Shown here in pieces: positions 10,276 through 17,620 of a stretch of 27,590 nt of DNA (its first letter is position 1; every line of letters starts with the position of its first letter). This DNA is from a virus (lineage: Duplodnaviria; Caudoviricetes). The DNA lies in IMG/VR virus record IMGVR_UViG_3300030433_001242, positions 1 through 27,590 of that record; one strand, given 5' to 3'. A model generated the notes under the pieces. The model did no database searches. It was not told the origin of the DNA and saw only the letters and a program-made list of their open reading frames with translations. The position numbers and the translations under genes were made by a program.

Positions 10276-10842
10276 ATGGATAGAAATAAAAACGTAGAAA
10301 CACAAAATAGTAAATTAGATACTTTTCAGTCTATACTAGACGCAGCAGGATTTGTCCCTGGATATGGAGAGCCTGCAGACTTACTAAATGCTGCTATATC
10401 TCTGGCAAGAGGAGATGCAGAAGGTGCTGCTCTTTCAACAATATCAGCAATTCCTTTTTTAGGGGCAATAGGTGGTGTTAAAAAAGGAGAAAAGTTGTTT
10501 GCAAATGTTAAGTTTAAAAAGAGTAAAAAAAGTAAACTGATGGGAACTGATGATGAAAGAGACTATATATTAGCAGACGATGATTACGCAGAAGCGTTGA
10601 GAAAACCTTTGCTTGAGCTTGGAGCTGCAGTTAGAACAAAAGCACCTGAACTTGATTTAAGCAGTGCAAAAACTTTACAAAGAAGTATGGGTGAGATAGC
10701 AGATGAATATTTTGCAAATATGCCTGATTTTGCAGTAGAGGATTTTATGGAAAAAGACGTTCTTGATATTTTTAAAAGACTTGCAAGAGTTCAAAATAAA
10801 AAAGATTTACTTGATGTATTTAGAAGAGCAGGAACAAACTAA
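10276..10842 (+). CDS. Protein with N-terminal pre-toxin TG (PT-TG)-like domain and an unknown C-terminal domain
   Basis: LDAAGFVPGYGEPADLLNAAISLARGDAEGAALSTISAIPFLG closely follows the PT-TG consensus (LD..G.iP..Ge.aD..na..y...Gd...A.ls....iP..G). Confidence 0.75.
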   Translation: MDRNKNVETQNSKLDTFQSILDAAGFVPGYGEPADLLNAAISLARGDAEGAALSTISAIPFLGAIGGVKKGEKLFANVKFKKSKKSKLMGTDDERDYILADDDYAEALRKPLLELGAAVRTKAPELDLSSAKTLQRSMGEIADEYFANMPDFAVEDFMEKDVLDIFKRLARVQNKKDLLDVFRRAGTN

Positions 10843-12146
10843 AAAGGGTCGTCTGGCATTTGTTTTGAGACACTTGCTTCTGCTTCTTCCACAGTATCAT
10901 ACAACGTACAACAATCTGGTGAGAACCCAACAGTTGCTTTTCCAGTTGACCCATATCTATTTTTAGCAACGACTATATCTAGTCCGTACTTTCCATGTCT
11001 TGCATTCTCAAAGTTTACAGTCCAAGGATAGTGTGTAAACGCCACAATTTCTGCATCTTGTTCTAAATTACCCGATTCGGCAAGGTCACTAAGTTTAGGA
11101 ATTCTTTCTGTCCTATACTCTATATTACGATTAAGTTGTGAAACGAGTATAACTGAAATATTCTCAGATTTACACAACCATTTATATCTTCTTGATGTAT
11201 CACCTATCTTCAATCTTAAATCTCTCATATCATTAGTAGGGTATTCAATCAAACCTATATGGTCGTCAATAACGACGTCAGGTTTTATACGTCTAATTTC
11301 ACGAAAAGTTCCCTCTAAATTTCTTATGTTGTCAAACATAAATAGTTTGTCAGTATACTTTTCTTTAATAATATTTAAACTTTTTTCAATTTCTGATTTA
11401 CTAGTGACTGCGTTATGTCTTAACATGTGATAAGTAATACCCTCTGCTTCCATAGCGATAAACTTTTTCATCATTTCAGTGTTAGGCATTTCTCTATTAA
11501 ACATAACAACCTTTTTGCCGGACAACACAAGATTTCTAGCTATATTGGCAACAGTGGTAGTTTTAGCATTTCCAGGTCGTCCAGCAAAAATGGTTATCTC
11601 TCCTCTAGTCATGCCTGATATTATATTATCTATCGGTGCAAAACCAGTGGTAGTTAGGTTGCGTTTGGAGAACAGAGAGTCTTTTGTCATAGACAATAAT
11701 GTTTCTAAATCAAATTTTTGTCCAGGTTCTAAATTAAGCAAAGAGCTAGCAGTGTCGTGAACATCTACAAGTAAAGAGCTTATATCATTAGAGTCATCAG
11801 AAGCTTTGTTTGCAATCTTGTGAGATTGTAGAACAAGTTTTCTTCTGAGCCAGTCCGAATGAACTTGTTTTGCATAAGACTCTACATTAGCCGTAGTCGG
11901 AACTTCTAGTCCAGTCAAATAATATGTAATACCTTTTAACTTGCTAGATATATTAACAGTGTCCACTGGTATGTTTTCTGATTTGAGCTCTGTAATTACT
12001 TCCCAAATCTTTTTATTTTTTTCTACATAAAAAGCGTCGCTTTCTATAATATATTCTTTTATAACATCAAAACATTTTTCGTCTTGTATTACTGAACCAA
12101 GAACTGCTCTTTCTGCGTCTTCGCTAAATATTCCTAATCCTTGCAT
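10839..12146 (-). CDS. dnaB: Replicative DNA helicase, DnaB family
   Basis: AERAVLGS N-domain, Walker A variant AGRPGNAKT, SQLNR, PKLSDLAESGNLEQDA and AKNRYG motifs. Confidence 0.95.
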   Translation of the reverse strand: MQGLGIFSEDAERAVLGSVIQDEKCFDVIKEYIIESDAFYVEKNKKIWEVITELKSENIPVDTVNISSKLKGITYYLTGLEVPTTANVESYAKQVHSDWLRRKLVLQSHKIANKASDDSNDISSLLVDVHDTASSLLNLEPGQKFDLETLLSMTKDSLFSKRNLTTTGFAPIDNIISGMTRGEITIFAGRPGNAKTTTVANIARNLVLSGKKVVMFNREMPNTEMMKKFIAMEAEGITYHMLRHNAVTSKSEIEKSLNIIKEKYTDKLFMFDNIRNLEGTFREIRRIKPDVVIDDHIGLIEYPTNDMRDLRLKIGDTSRRYKWLCKSENISVILVSQLNRNIEYRTERIPKLSDLAESGNLEQDAEIVAFTHYPWTVNFENARHGKYGLDIVVAKNRYGSTGKATVGFSPDCCTLYDTVEEAEASVSKQMPDDPF

Positions 12147-12493
12147 TTATGACAAACTCCTTTTATCATTGGTATAGTTTTGTATACAGACTGGTCAAGA
12201 TAACCAGGTTCAAACTTTCCATTATCTTGCATTTCTATAGCCCATGCTTTTTTGCATAAAGGACATCTAGTAGGAACTCTTACCATAGAAACGTTTTCGT
12301 TGCTAGGTTTTTGTCTTTCTGAAAAAAAGTGTGGATTCATTCTACCTTCAGCAAAAAGTCTATATACTTCTTCGTCAAACCACTCTTTGTAATTATCTGG
12401 GTCTACCTGTTTAAAATAATTTAAATAAGATTCAAACTCAGCTTTCTCTGAGGCGAACTCTTCCTTTGTCTTATAACTAAAGACACTTCTCAT
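12134..12493 (-). CDS. Hypothetical protein with C-terminal CxxC...CxxC zinc ribbon
   Basis: CPLC and CHKC pairs; GGAG RBS; overlaps the dnaB start. Confidence 0.65.
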   Translation of the reverse strand: MRSVFSYKTKEEFASEKAEFESYLNYFKQVDPDNYKEWFDEEVYRLFAEGRMNPHFFSERQKPSNENVSMVRVPTRCPLCKKAWAIEMQDNGKFEPGYLDQSVYKTIPMIKGVCHKCKD

Positions 12494-12514
12494 ATTTATC
12501 TCCCTATTTTTCGA

Positions 12515-12853
12515 TTAGTTGAGTTGAAAAGCTAGTTGGATTAACTCCAACAAATCTTTGTATCGAATTGTTGCATATATTTCACCTCTATCTTGTTTGA
12601 TAAGAGTAATATCACAATCGTCTGGTGGCAAAAGATAGCTAGCAATAGACTTTCTTACTTTACATTGCACTTTCATTTCTCTCGAAGTTTCTTCGTCTAG
12701 TAAGTAGTTTATTACTATATCAACCTCTGGAGACATACCTATACTTCTACCATCGCTACCCCAGGCTCTTTTTGCATTGAAGCCGTGAGATTCTGCAATG
12801 TCTACGCATTCTCTTTCGAATCGATTACCTTTTGCTTTTGATTTACTTGCCAT
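12515..12853 (-). CDS. Hjc-like Holliday junction resolvase (PD-(D/E)xK)
   Basis: SKAKGNRFERE N-terminus, VD and VQCK motifs. Confidence 0.8.
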   Translation of the reverse strand: MASKSKAKGNRFERECVDIAESHGFNAKRAWGSDGRSIGMSPEVDIVINYLLDEETSREMKVQCKVRKSIASYLLPPDDCDITLIKQDRGEIYATIRYKDLLELIQLAFQLN

Positions 12854-12858
12854 ATAAA

Positions 12859-12888
12859 AATATACTTATTTATTCTTTTCTTAGTCAA
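12859..12888 (-). promoter_or_regulatory. Promoter TTGACT-N18-TATATT, probably giving a leaderless mRNA for the resolvase
   Basis: -35 at 12888-12883, -10 at 12864-12859, ATG 5 nt later at 12853, no SD. Confidence 0.6.
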
Positions 12889-13286
12889 CTCAAATTTTTT
12901 AACTTGTCTATATCAAATCTCTCTGCAGTTCTTTTAATAAAATTATCAAAGACCATAAATGTGTCGCTCCACTTTCCATTGTAATATACTTTTGTAACAA
13001 CTGTGTTAGCTAAAACGACAGACTGCTCAGGACTTGTGCTATGTGTGGCAATAACACCTAAAGATATTTTACTGGTCGCTCTCCAGTTGTCGACAATTCT
13101 TTCTATTACTAGTTTTTGACCCAATGGGAACGGAGCGTCGTCTTTTTTACAGTCTCCTATTAATAGAAATTTATTACCGACTTCAAAACAAAAGTCTATA
13201 TCTGTAGGTGATACAAGTCCATCTTGCAATCCATCAAATATTATTGGTTGTTTGAACCTTTTCTCGTATAAAATTGGTCTTTTCAA
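12885..13286 (-). CDS. PD-(D/E)xK-like nuclease-fold protein
   Basis: PTDID...IGDCK motif pattern; TTG start with GAGG RBS. Confidence 0.55.
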   Translation of the reverse strand: MKRPILYEKRFKQPIIFDGLQDGLVSPTDIDFCFEVGNKFLLIGDCKKDDAPFPLGQKLVIERIVDNWRATSKISLGVIATHSTSPEQSVVLANTVVTKVYYNGKWSDTFMVFDNFIKRTAERFDIDKLKNLS

Positions 13287-13298
13287 AAATTTTCCTCT

Positions 13299-13384
13299 CG
13301 AGAATGCCCCTCTAAGCGATTATAATTACATTTTCGACATAAGTATCGACTAATATGCGTAACGTCCATAGAAGGGCAACCTCG
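13299..13384 (-). other. Long imperfect intergenic RNA hairpin
   Basis: On the - strand TGCCCTTCTA pairs with TAGAGGGGCA (one G-U), outer CGAG/CTCG, apical TCGATA-CTTA-TGTCGA. Confidence 0.55.
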
Positions 13385-13393
13385 TGCTTTATT

Positions 13394-13627
13394 TTAATTT
13401 AACGCTCTTTTTGGAGCAAAAACCATGTTTTCATGACAATCTAGCCATGTAAACCTTAAATCTATTGCGTCATTAGTTATACTTATGTTATAACCTTCTT
13501 CAATCATCTTAAGTACTACGTTTTTAGTAAATGAAGGAAAAGCTTTATATTTAACAAAAGCCTCAGTTGTTGACGTCATCCCTGTTTTTTCTATTCTCTC
13601 TCTTATTTTTCTTTCTTTTAATGTCAT
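13394..13627 (-). CDS. Hypothetical protein
   Basis: ORF in the co-oriented operon with GGGAG RBS. Confidence 0.6.
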   Translation of the reverse strand: MTLKERKIRERIEKTGMTSTTEAFVKYKAFPSFTKNVVLKMIEEGYNISITNDAIDLRFTWLDCHENMVFAPKRALN

Positions 13628-13826
13628 CTGATATCTCCCTATATCTTTTTCTTAAAATATGGACGAGATATTTTTCTTCTCGCCCATTGATTGTTTCAAT
13701 GTCCTTGAATCCTATTGCGCTAAGTCTTTTAGTCACCAAGACCTCATTGATACCTTTTTGATATCCCATAAGGTCTTGGAAAGACTTCATGATGGCATTC
13801 CATTTACTAATGTCCACTAGTCGCAA
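13563..13826 (-). CDS. Hypothetical protein
   Basis: ORF overlapping both neighbours in the operon; start uncertain. Confidence 0.5.
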   Translation of the reverse strand: MRLVDISKWNAIMKSFQDLMGYQKGINEVLVTKRLSAIGFKDIETINGREEKYLVHILRKRYREISDDIKRKKNKRENRKNRDDVNN

Positions 13827-14053
13827 GTTTCACAGAAAGAAGGACCCATCACTGTCGCTGCGTTCTTTAAGACATCTTCTTTAGTTACAGTCTCTGTATT
13901 TTTAATTTCATCAAATTGAGTCTGGAACTGAGTCTTTATCTTATGTCTTAGTTCGACAGTAGTTTCATCCTCATCCTCTTTCCTGAATAGTTCTAATATC
14001 TCTATTAGTCCCATACATTCTTCTTCTTTTAGTTTGAGTATGTAGTCTGTCAT
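13817..14053 (-). CDS. Hypothetical acidic protein ending in CxxC (CETCD)
   Basis: TAATG coupling to ssb. Confidence 0.65.
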   Translation of the reverse strand: MTDYILKLKEEECMGLIEILELFRKEDEDETTVELRHKIKTQFQTQFDEIKNTETVTKEDVLKNAATVMGPSFCETCD

Positions 14054-14613
14054 TAGAACGGCAATTCGTCTTCTGTTACTGGCTTGGTAACTTGTCTATT
14101 TGATTTAAAGACGTTAACTGCAGTAGGTGTTATTCTTTCTTCTCCTGACTGGTCAGTCCACTTGTCGTGAACTACCTTGATAGTCACAGGATTGCCTGAA
14201 ATATCAGACTCCATAACCATAGGTAATAAATATCTACCTTGGTCGTCTTTCTGCATTTCAAAACCACAAGCTTCTGCGAATATCATATATCCTTTATTAT
14301 TTCCTTGGTTGTCTTCAAGTTTAGGATATTTCTTTTTGTCAGGACTTTTAAATCTAAAGTATCCTTTAGACTTGACTTCTCTACCTTTTAAGTCAGGATA
14401 TCTATCATCGTCTAACTTGTAGGTAGCTTCAAAGATATCGCTTAGGTATTGATTTCTAACAACAATATCTTTCTTTATTGTCAATTTACTGACTATAGCT
14501 TCATATGAACCTTCTTCAATAGTAGCATACTTCTTACCTGCCGTATCTTCTGAAGGATTATAATAAGCTACATTGTTATCTATGTCGTTTAATACATCGG
14601 TAACATTACTCAT
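14053..14613 (-). CDS. Single-stranded DNA-binding protein (DUF669-like phage SSB)
   Basis: IEEGSYEAIV OB-fold start, acidic tail TEDELPF, adjacent to the annealase. Confidence 0.75.
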   Translation of the reverse strand: MSNVTDVLNDIDNNVAYYNPSEDTAGKKYATIEEGSYEAIVSKLTIKKDIVVRNQYLSDIFEATYKLDDDRYPDLKGREVKSKGYFRFKSPDKKKYPKLEDNQGNNKGYMIFAEACGFEMQKDDQGRYLLPMVMESDISGNPVTIKVVHDKWTDQSGEERITPTAVNVFKSNRQVTKPVTEDELPF

Positions 14614-15230
14614 TTTTTACTCCCGGTTAATTTAGACATTACTTTATCGTAATTGTCTTGATTTATCTTACCAGACTGAAGTGCTCTATGCACTTGGTCT
14701 GCTTCTTTTTTGTCCATCTCTGCAATAACATCCATAAGATTGTTTACTTGTACATCTCCAAGACTCTTATCTATATATTGCTTACGATAAACATCGTCGG
14801 CTACATTACATAGTCTATTTACTGCAACCTTGAAAGCATCTGAGTTAGCGGCTTTTAGGTCGTTACCTAAATCTACATAACCAGAACCATTTCTAGATAC
14901 TGCTATTCTATGTGCTGCAACTGAGTCAAAACTACGAGGCACACCTTCGTCCATAACTTTAAGACGTCCGTGAACTACAATAGCTTTGTCTCCAAGAGTT
15001 TCATACTTAATTACTTCCCAAGACCAGATAGGATAATATTGGTTTAATTTCCAACGCATATATCCTTCGTCTACATAATCAAAACCATTTCTACTTTTGA
15101 CTACATCTTGAGGAGTAGGGTCTTGTGAAACTTGTTGGTGCTTACGTATCAATACATCGTCTTGAATTGCTTGGTCTTGCAAAGACTCTATATCAGATTG
15201 ATACATATCTAATTCAGACATTTTACCCAT
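14610..15230 (-). CDS. sak: Sak/Rad52-family single-strand annealing protein
   Basis: GFDYVD...LN....WSWEV and KAANSDAFK.A...L.VADDVY Rad52/Rad22 signature. Confidence 0.85.
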   Translation of the reverse strand: MGKMSELDMYQSDIESLQDQAIQDDVLIRKHQQVSQDPTPQDVVKSRNGFDYVDEGYMRWKLNQYYPIWSWEVIKYETLGDKAIVVHGRLKVMDEGVPRSFDSVAAHRIAVSRNGSGYVDLGNDLKAANSDAFKVAVNRLCNVADDVYRKQYIDKSLGDVQVNNLMDVIAEMDKKEADQVHRALQSGKINQDNYDKVMSKLTGSKK

Positions 15231-16104
15231 TTATACTCCCATTGTTGTAAGGACATAGATGTCTAACATCACAAAATGACTGACATTTTCTACCGTCCCA
15301 GGTTTGTTCTTTATTACATTGTTGAGGCAAGTTCCCTGTTTCTAGAGCTTTTATAAGCTCATCTCTAGCAGAAAGAAACTTATTCTCTAAGACTTCATCG
15401 TCATACTTAGGTATTTCAATCAGGTAAATATGTTTGTCAAGTCCTCTTTCTCTAGCTACAGCTAGTCCTCCGTCTCTTAACGTGACTTGTATATACATAT
15501 TGTCTACGTCATATCCAGATTTGTTGAGAAGATATCTATACCAATTTACCTGCCAGCCCCAGTCTCCATAGTCTGCTAAACCTTCTTCGCGATACCATTG
15601 TTTAATCATTTTTGGAGAACCTTTTTTTCCCCATTTACCGCTTGTTTTGTATCTAGCACCAGACGGGTCTGGAATTAGTTTATATGTCATCCCTAATAGT
15701 TTAGCACATTTGTAAGAGCCAGTGTTCTTATAGTCTAGTAATGTTTTAGTCTGCTTGTCGTACAAGTCGGCTATACCAGTTATATCAAACTCTTCTAGCT
15801 CTTCTTCTAACAAATGTCTGTCATCTTCGTGTTGCTCGAGTCGAGCGTGATGCATTGTTCCTGCTAGAGAAAATGCTCTATCTTGAGGGTCTATATAATA
15901 TTCTCTAGTCCTTTTAAGATAAGATTCACACGCCCCATTTAACAACTCAGTGGTAGACGGCTTTCTATTAGGGTCTCTTTCTTTCGACATTTCAATTAAA
16001 GTAGGTAATGACATACCCATTTTAACAATATCGACATCGCCCTTCTTCACGTCTTCAAATGATACTTTACTTCCATCGGGGTAAAGAAAACCAATTGCGG
16101 GCAT
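15223..16104 (-). CDS. Cas4-like / RecB-family PD-(D/E)xK exonuclease with probable Fe-S cluster
   Basis: N-terminal Cys (NGACES), GTMHH, GIAD, DYK, QVNWY, C-terminal CQSFCDVRHLC. Confidence 0.85.
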   Translation of the reverse strand: MPAIGFLYPDGSKVSFEDVKKGDVDIVKMGMSLPTLIEMSKERDPNRKPSTTELLNGACESYLKRTREYYIDPQDRAFSLAGTMHHARLEQHEDDRHLLEEELEEFDITGIADLYDKQTKTLLDYKNTGSYKCAKLLGMTYKLIPDPSGARYKTSGKWGKKGSPKMIKQWYREEGLADYGDWGWQVNWYRYLLNKSGYDVDNMYIQVTLRDGGLAVARERGLDKHIYLIEIPKYDDEVLENKFLSARDELIKALETGNLPQQCNKEQTWDGRKCQSFCDVRHLCPYNNGSING

Positions 16105-16249
16105 TCGTCGTCTCCTTGTTATTTACATAATCTGTCATCAAACTATGTAGTTTATCTTTAATTGACACACCTTCTTTTAACGTCTTAGACTTAAACTTTA
16201 TCCAAAGTTTCTTGTCTACAACGAAAGAAGTTTGATATCTATTTTTCAT
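16067..16249 (-). CDS. Ribbon-helix-helix (Arc/CopG-like) DNA-binding protein
   Basis: YQTSFVVDKKLWIKFKSKTLKEGVSIKDKLHSLMTDYV fits the RHH pattern; start moved to ATG 16249, 5 nt after a -10 box. Confidence 0.75.
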   Translation of the reverse strand: MKNRYQTSFVVDKKLWIKFKSKTLKEGVSIKDKLHSLMTDYVNNKETTNARNWFSLPRWK

Positions 16250-16254
16250 AGTGC

Positions 16255-16284
16255 AATCTACCATAATATTCTTACTTGAGTCAA
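16255..16284 (-). promoter_or_regulatory. Promoter TTGACT-N18-TAGATT for the RHH/recombination operon (leaderless)
   Basis: -35 at 16284-16279, TG-extended -10 at 16260-16255, ATG at 16249. Confidence 0.65.
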
Positions 16285-16300
16285 ATAAAACTTTAAAACT

Positions 16301-16534
16301 TTATAAGTCAAGTTTCATAAGTTCTTTATCAACCGAATCTTTATCATCTTGAGGTATATAATCAAAATAATTACACAATATGTTATATGCCTTTTGATAT
16401 CTTTTATACTGATTAAAGTTTTTATCTACATTTGCTACCGCCTCTGCATAGTCTTCTTCTAATTTTTCAATATAAAGGAGTAATTCGTCTAACTCTTTAT
16501 CTACTCTTTTAAACTGCTCGTAACCTTTGCTCAT
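16301..16534 (-). CDS. Hypothetical coiled-coil protein
   Basis: GGAG RBS, helical 77-aa ORF. Confidence 0.65.
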   Translation of the reverse strand: MSKGYEQFKRVDKELDELLLYIEKLEEDYAEAVANVDKNFNQYKRYQKAYNILCNYFDYIPQDDKDSVDKELMKLDL

Positions 16535-16700
16535 GATTTTCTCCAGTGTTGTTGTTTATTATTTCACTTGTCCATCCTGCACCTGCGACGTATTTAGTTT
16601 CTATTCTGAAACCTAACTCGTCTAGTTCTGCAGTCAGTTCAAGTATCTTTCTATTAATTTTTATTGCTCTTTTATCTCTATCTTTTCTATCTTTACCCAT
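16509..16700 (-). CDS. Hypothetical protein
   Basis: AGGAGG RBS before ATG 16700. Confidence 0.65.
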   Translation of the reverse strand: MGKDRKDRDKRAIKINRKILELTAELDELGFRIETKYVAGAGWTSEIINNNTGENHEQRLRAV

Positions 16701-16855
16701 TTATCCTCCTGGTCAAGTACATAGTATCCTAGACTTTGATTAACTCTATCTAGGTCTTTTATGAATCTTCTCATCTTTTCAGTGAATATAATATTATTCT
16801 TATTAAGATGACCTTCGTCTTTTATAGACCACGTCTTGTTTATCACTTTACTCAT
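16661..16855 (-). CDS. Hypothetical protein
   Basis: ATG 16855 in a TAATG overlap with the upstream stop; GGAGG RBS. Confidence 0.6.
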   Translation of the reverse strand: MSKVINKTWSIKDEGHLNKNNIIFTEKMRRFIKDLDRVNQSLGYYVLDQEDKWVKIEKIEIKEQ

Positions 16856-17211
16856 TAGCACCTACCTCCGTCTAATATTCTATGATATTCATCTTTATTG
16901 CCCATTGTCTCTTCTGATATCTTCTCTTCAAATTCAGAGTAAGTTATAACTTCTTCAGAGCAGTCGCAATCTTCCATATAAAACTCTTCTATACCACAAT
17001 ATCCACAGACCATCATATCGTCTGTATCTATCATTTCTATAATACCTTCCTCGTGTTCAATCATATTTCCCTCACATTGTTCACATTCTTTAACATTAAT
17101 ACTTGGCTCGTCGCCTTCGTGTCTATTGCCACACTTACAAACAACTGTTGGTTCCCATAGACCTTTAGACGACTCGCCCTTTTCAATTGATATAAAGCCA
17201 AGATAACTCAT
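16855..17211 (-). CDS. Acidic Cys-rich hypothetical protein (probable Zn-binding)
   Basis: CKC, CEQC, CGYC and CDC motifs; ATGA overlap with the upstream gene. Confidence 0.65.
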   Translation of the reverse strand: MSYLGFISIEKGESSKGLWEPTVVCKCGNRHEGDEPSINVKECEQCEGNMIEHEEGIIEMIDTDDMMVCGYCGIEEFYMEDCDCSEEVITYSEFEEKISEETMGNKDEYHRILDGGRC

Positions 17212-17420
17212 CTTTGGTCGTTCATATAATCTCTTTGCTTATCATTCCAAGCGTCATAACGCATATCATTGTCGTTCTCAAACTCTTTGATAGCACTACC
17301 AAACTCATTGTAAGCAAAGTCTACATCCCATACGTCTAGCCCAGTCTCTTCGTCGTGAGCAATCGGTATGTATACTTTAATAAAAGCAGGGTCGCTTTTT
17401 TTACTTATAGTATCGTTCAT
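17208..17420 (-). CDS. Hypothetical acidic protein
   Basis: Start set at ATG 17420 (GGGA RBS), just downstream of the leader hairpin. Confidence 0.6.
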   Translation of the reverse strand: MNDTISKKSDPAFIKVYIPIAHDEETGLDVWDVDFAYNEFGSAIKEFENDNDMRYDAWNDKQRDYMNDQR

Positions 17421-17439
17421 TTTATTTCCCATTGTTGTA

Positions 17440-17499
17440 TTGCAGGTAGCGTCGCCAGACCAAAAAATGTATTTGCATAACATCTCTAACTACCTGCAA
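17440..17499 (-). other. Leader hairpin
   Basis: Perfect 10-bp inverted repeat TTGCAGGTAG (17440-17449) / CTACCTGCAA (17490-17499). Confidence 0.6.
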
Positions 17500-17516
17500 G
17501 CTTAATATAATTCTTT

Positions 17517-17542
17517 TATTCGAGCTCTGTATTCGAGCTCTA
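17517..17542. repeat. Tandem repeat TATTCGAGCTCT x2 (13-nt period), candidate operator
   Basis: 17517-17528 and 17530-17541, immediately downstream of the -10 at 17555-17550. Confidence 0.65.
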
Positions 17543-17549
17543 CAATGAT

Positions 17550-17578
17550 AATTTACTAAAAAAAAATCAAAAAAGCAA
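17550..17578 (-). promoter_or_regulatory. Early-type promoter TTGCTT-N17-TAAATT
   Basis: Near-identical to the promoter at 21546-21518, including TTGATTTTTTTT in the spacer. Confidence 0.7.
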
Positions 17579-17607
17579 ATGACACCCGACAAAAATCGTC
17601 GGATGTC
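17569..17607 (-). terminator. Intrinsic terminator of the amidoligase operon
   Basis: GACATCCGAC-GATTTTT-GTCGGGTGTC stem (one G-U) followed by ATTTGCTTTTTT, just after the stop at 17621. Confidence 0.6.
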
Positions 17608-17620
17608 TTTGCGTTGTCGT

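Noticed and set aside
13817-14053. C-terminal CETCD resembling the ribonucleotide reductase redox tail
   Set aside because: Only a five-residue resemblance; no RNR gene in the window.
15223-16104. Cas4-like gene as evidence of a CRISPR-Cas system
   Set aside because: No repeat-spacer array or other cas genes seen; context (Sak, SSB) is that of a standalone phage recombination exonuclease.
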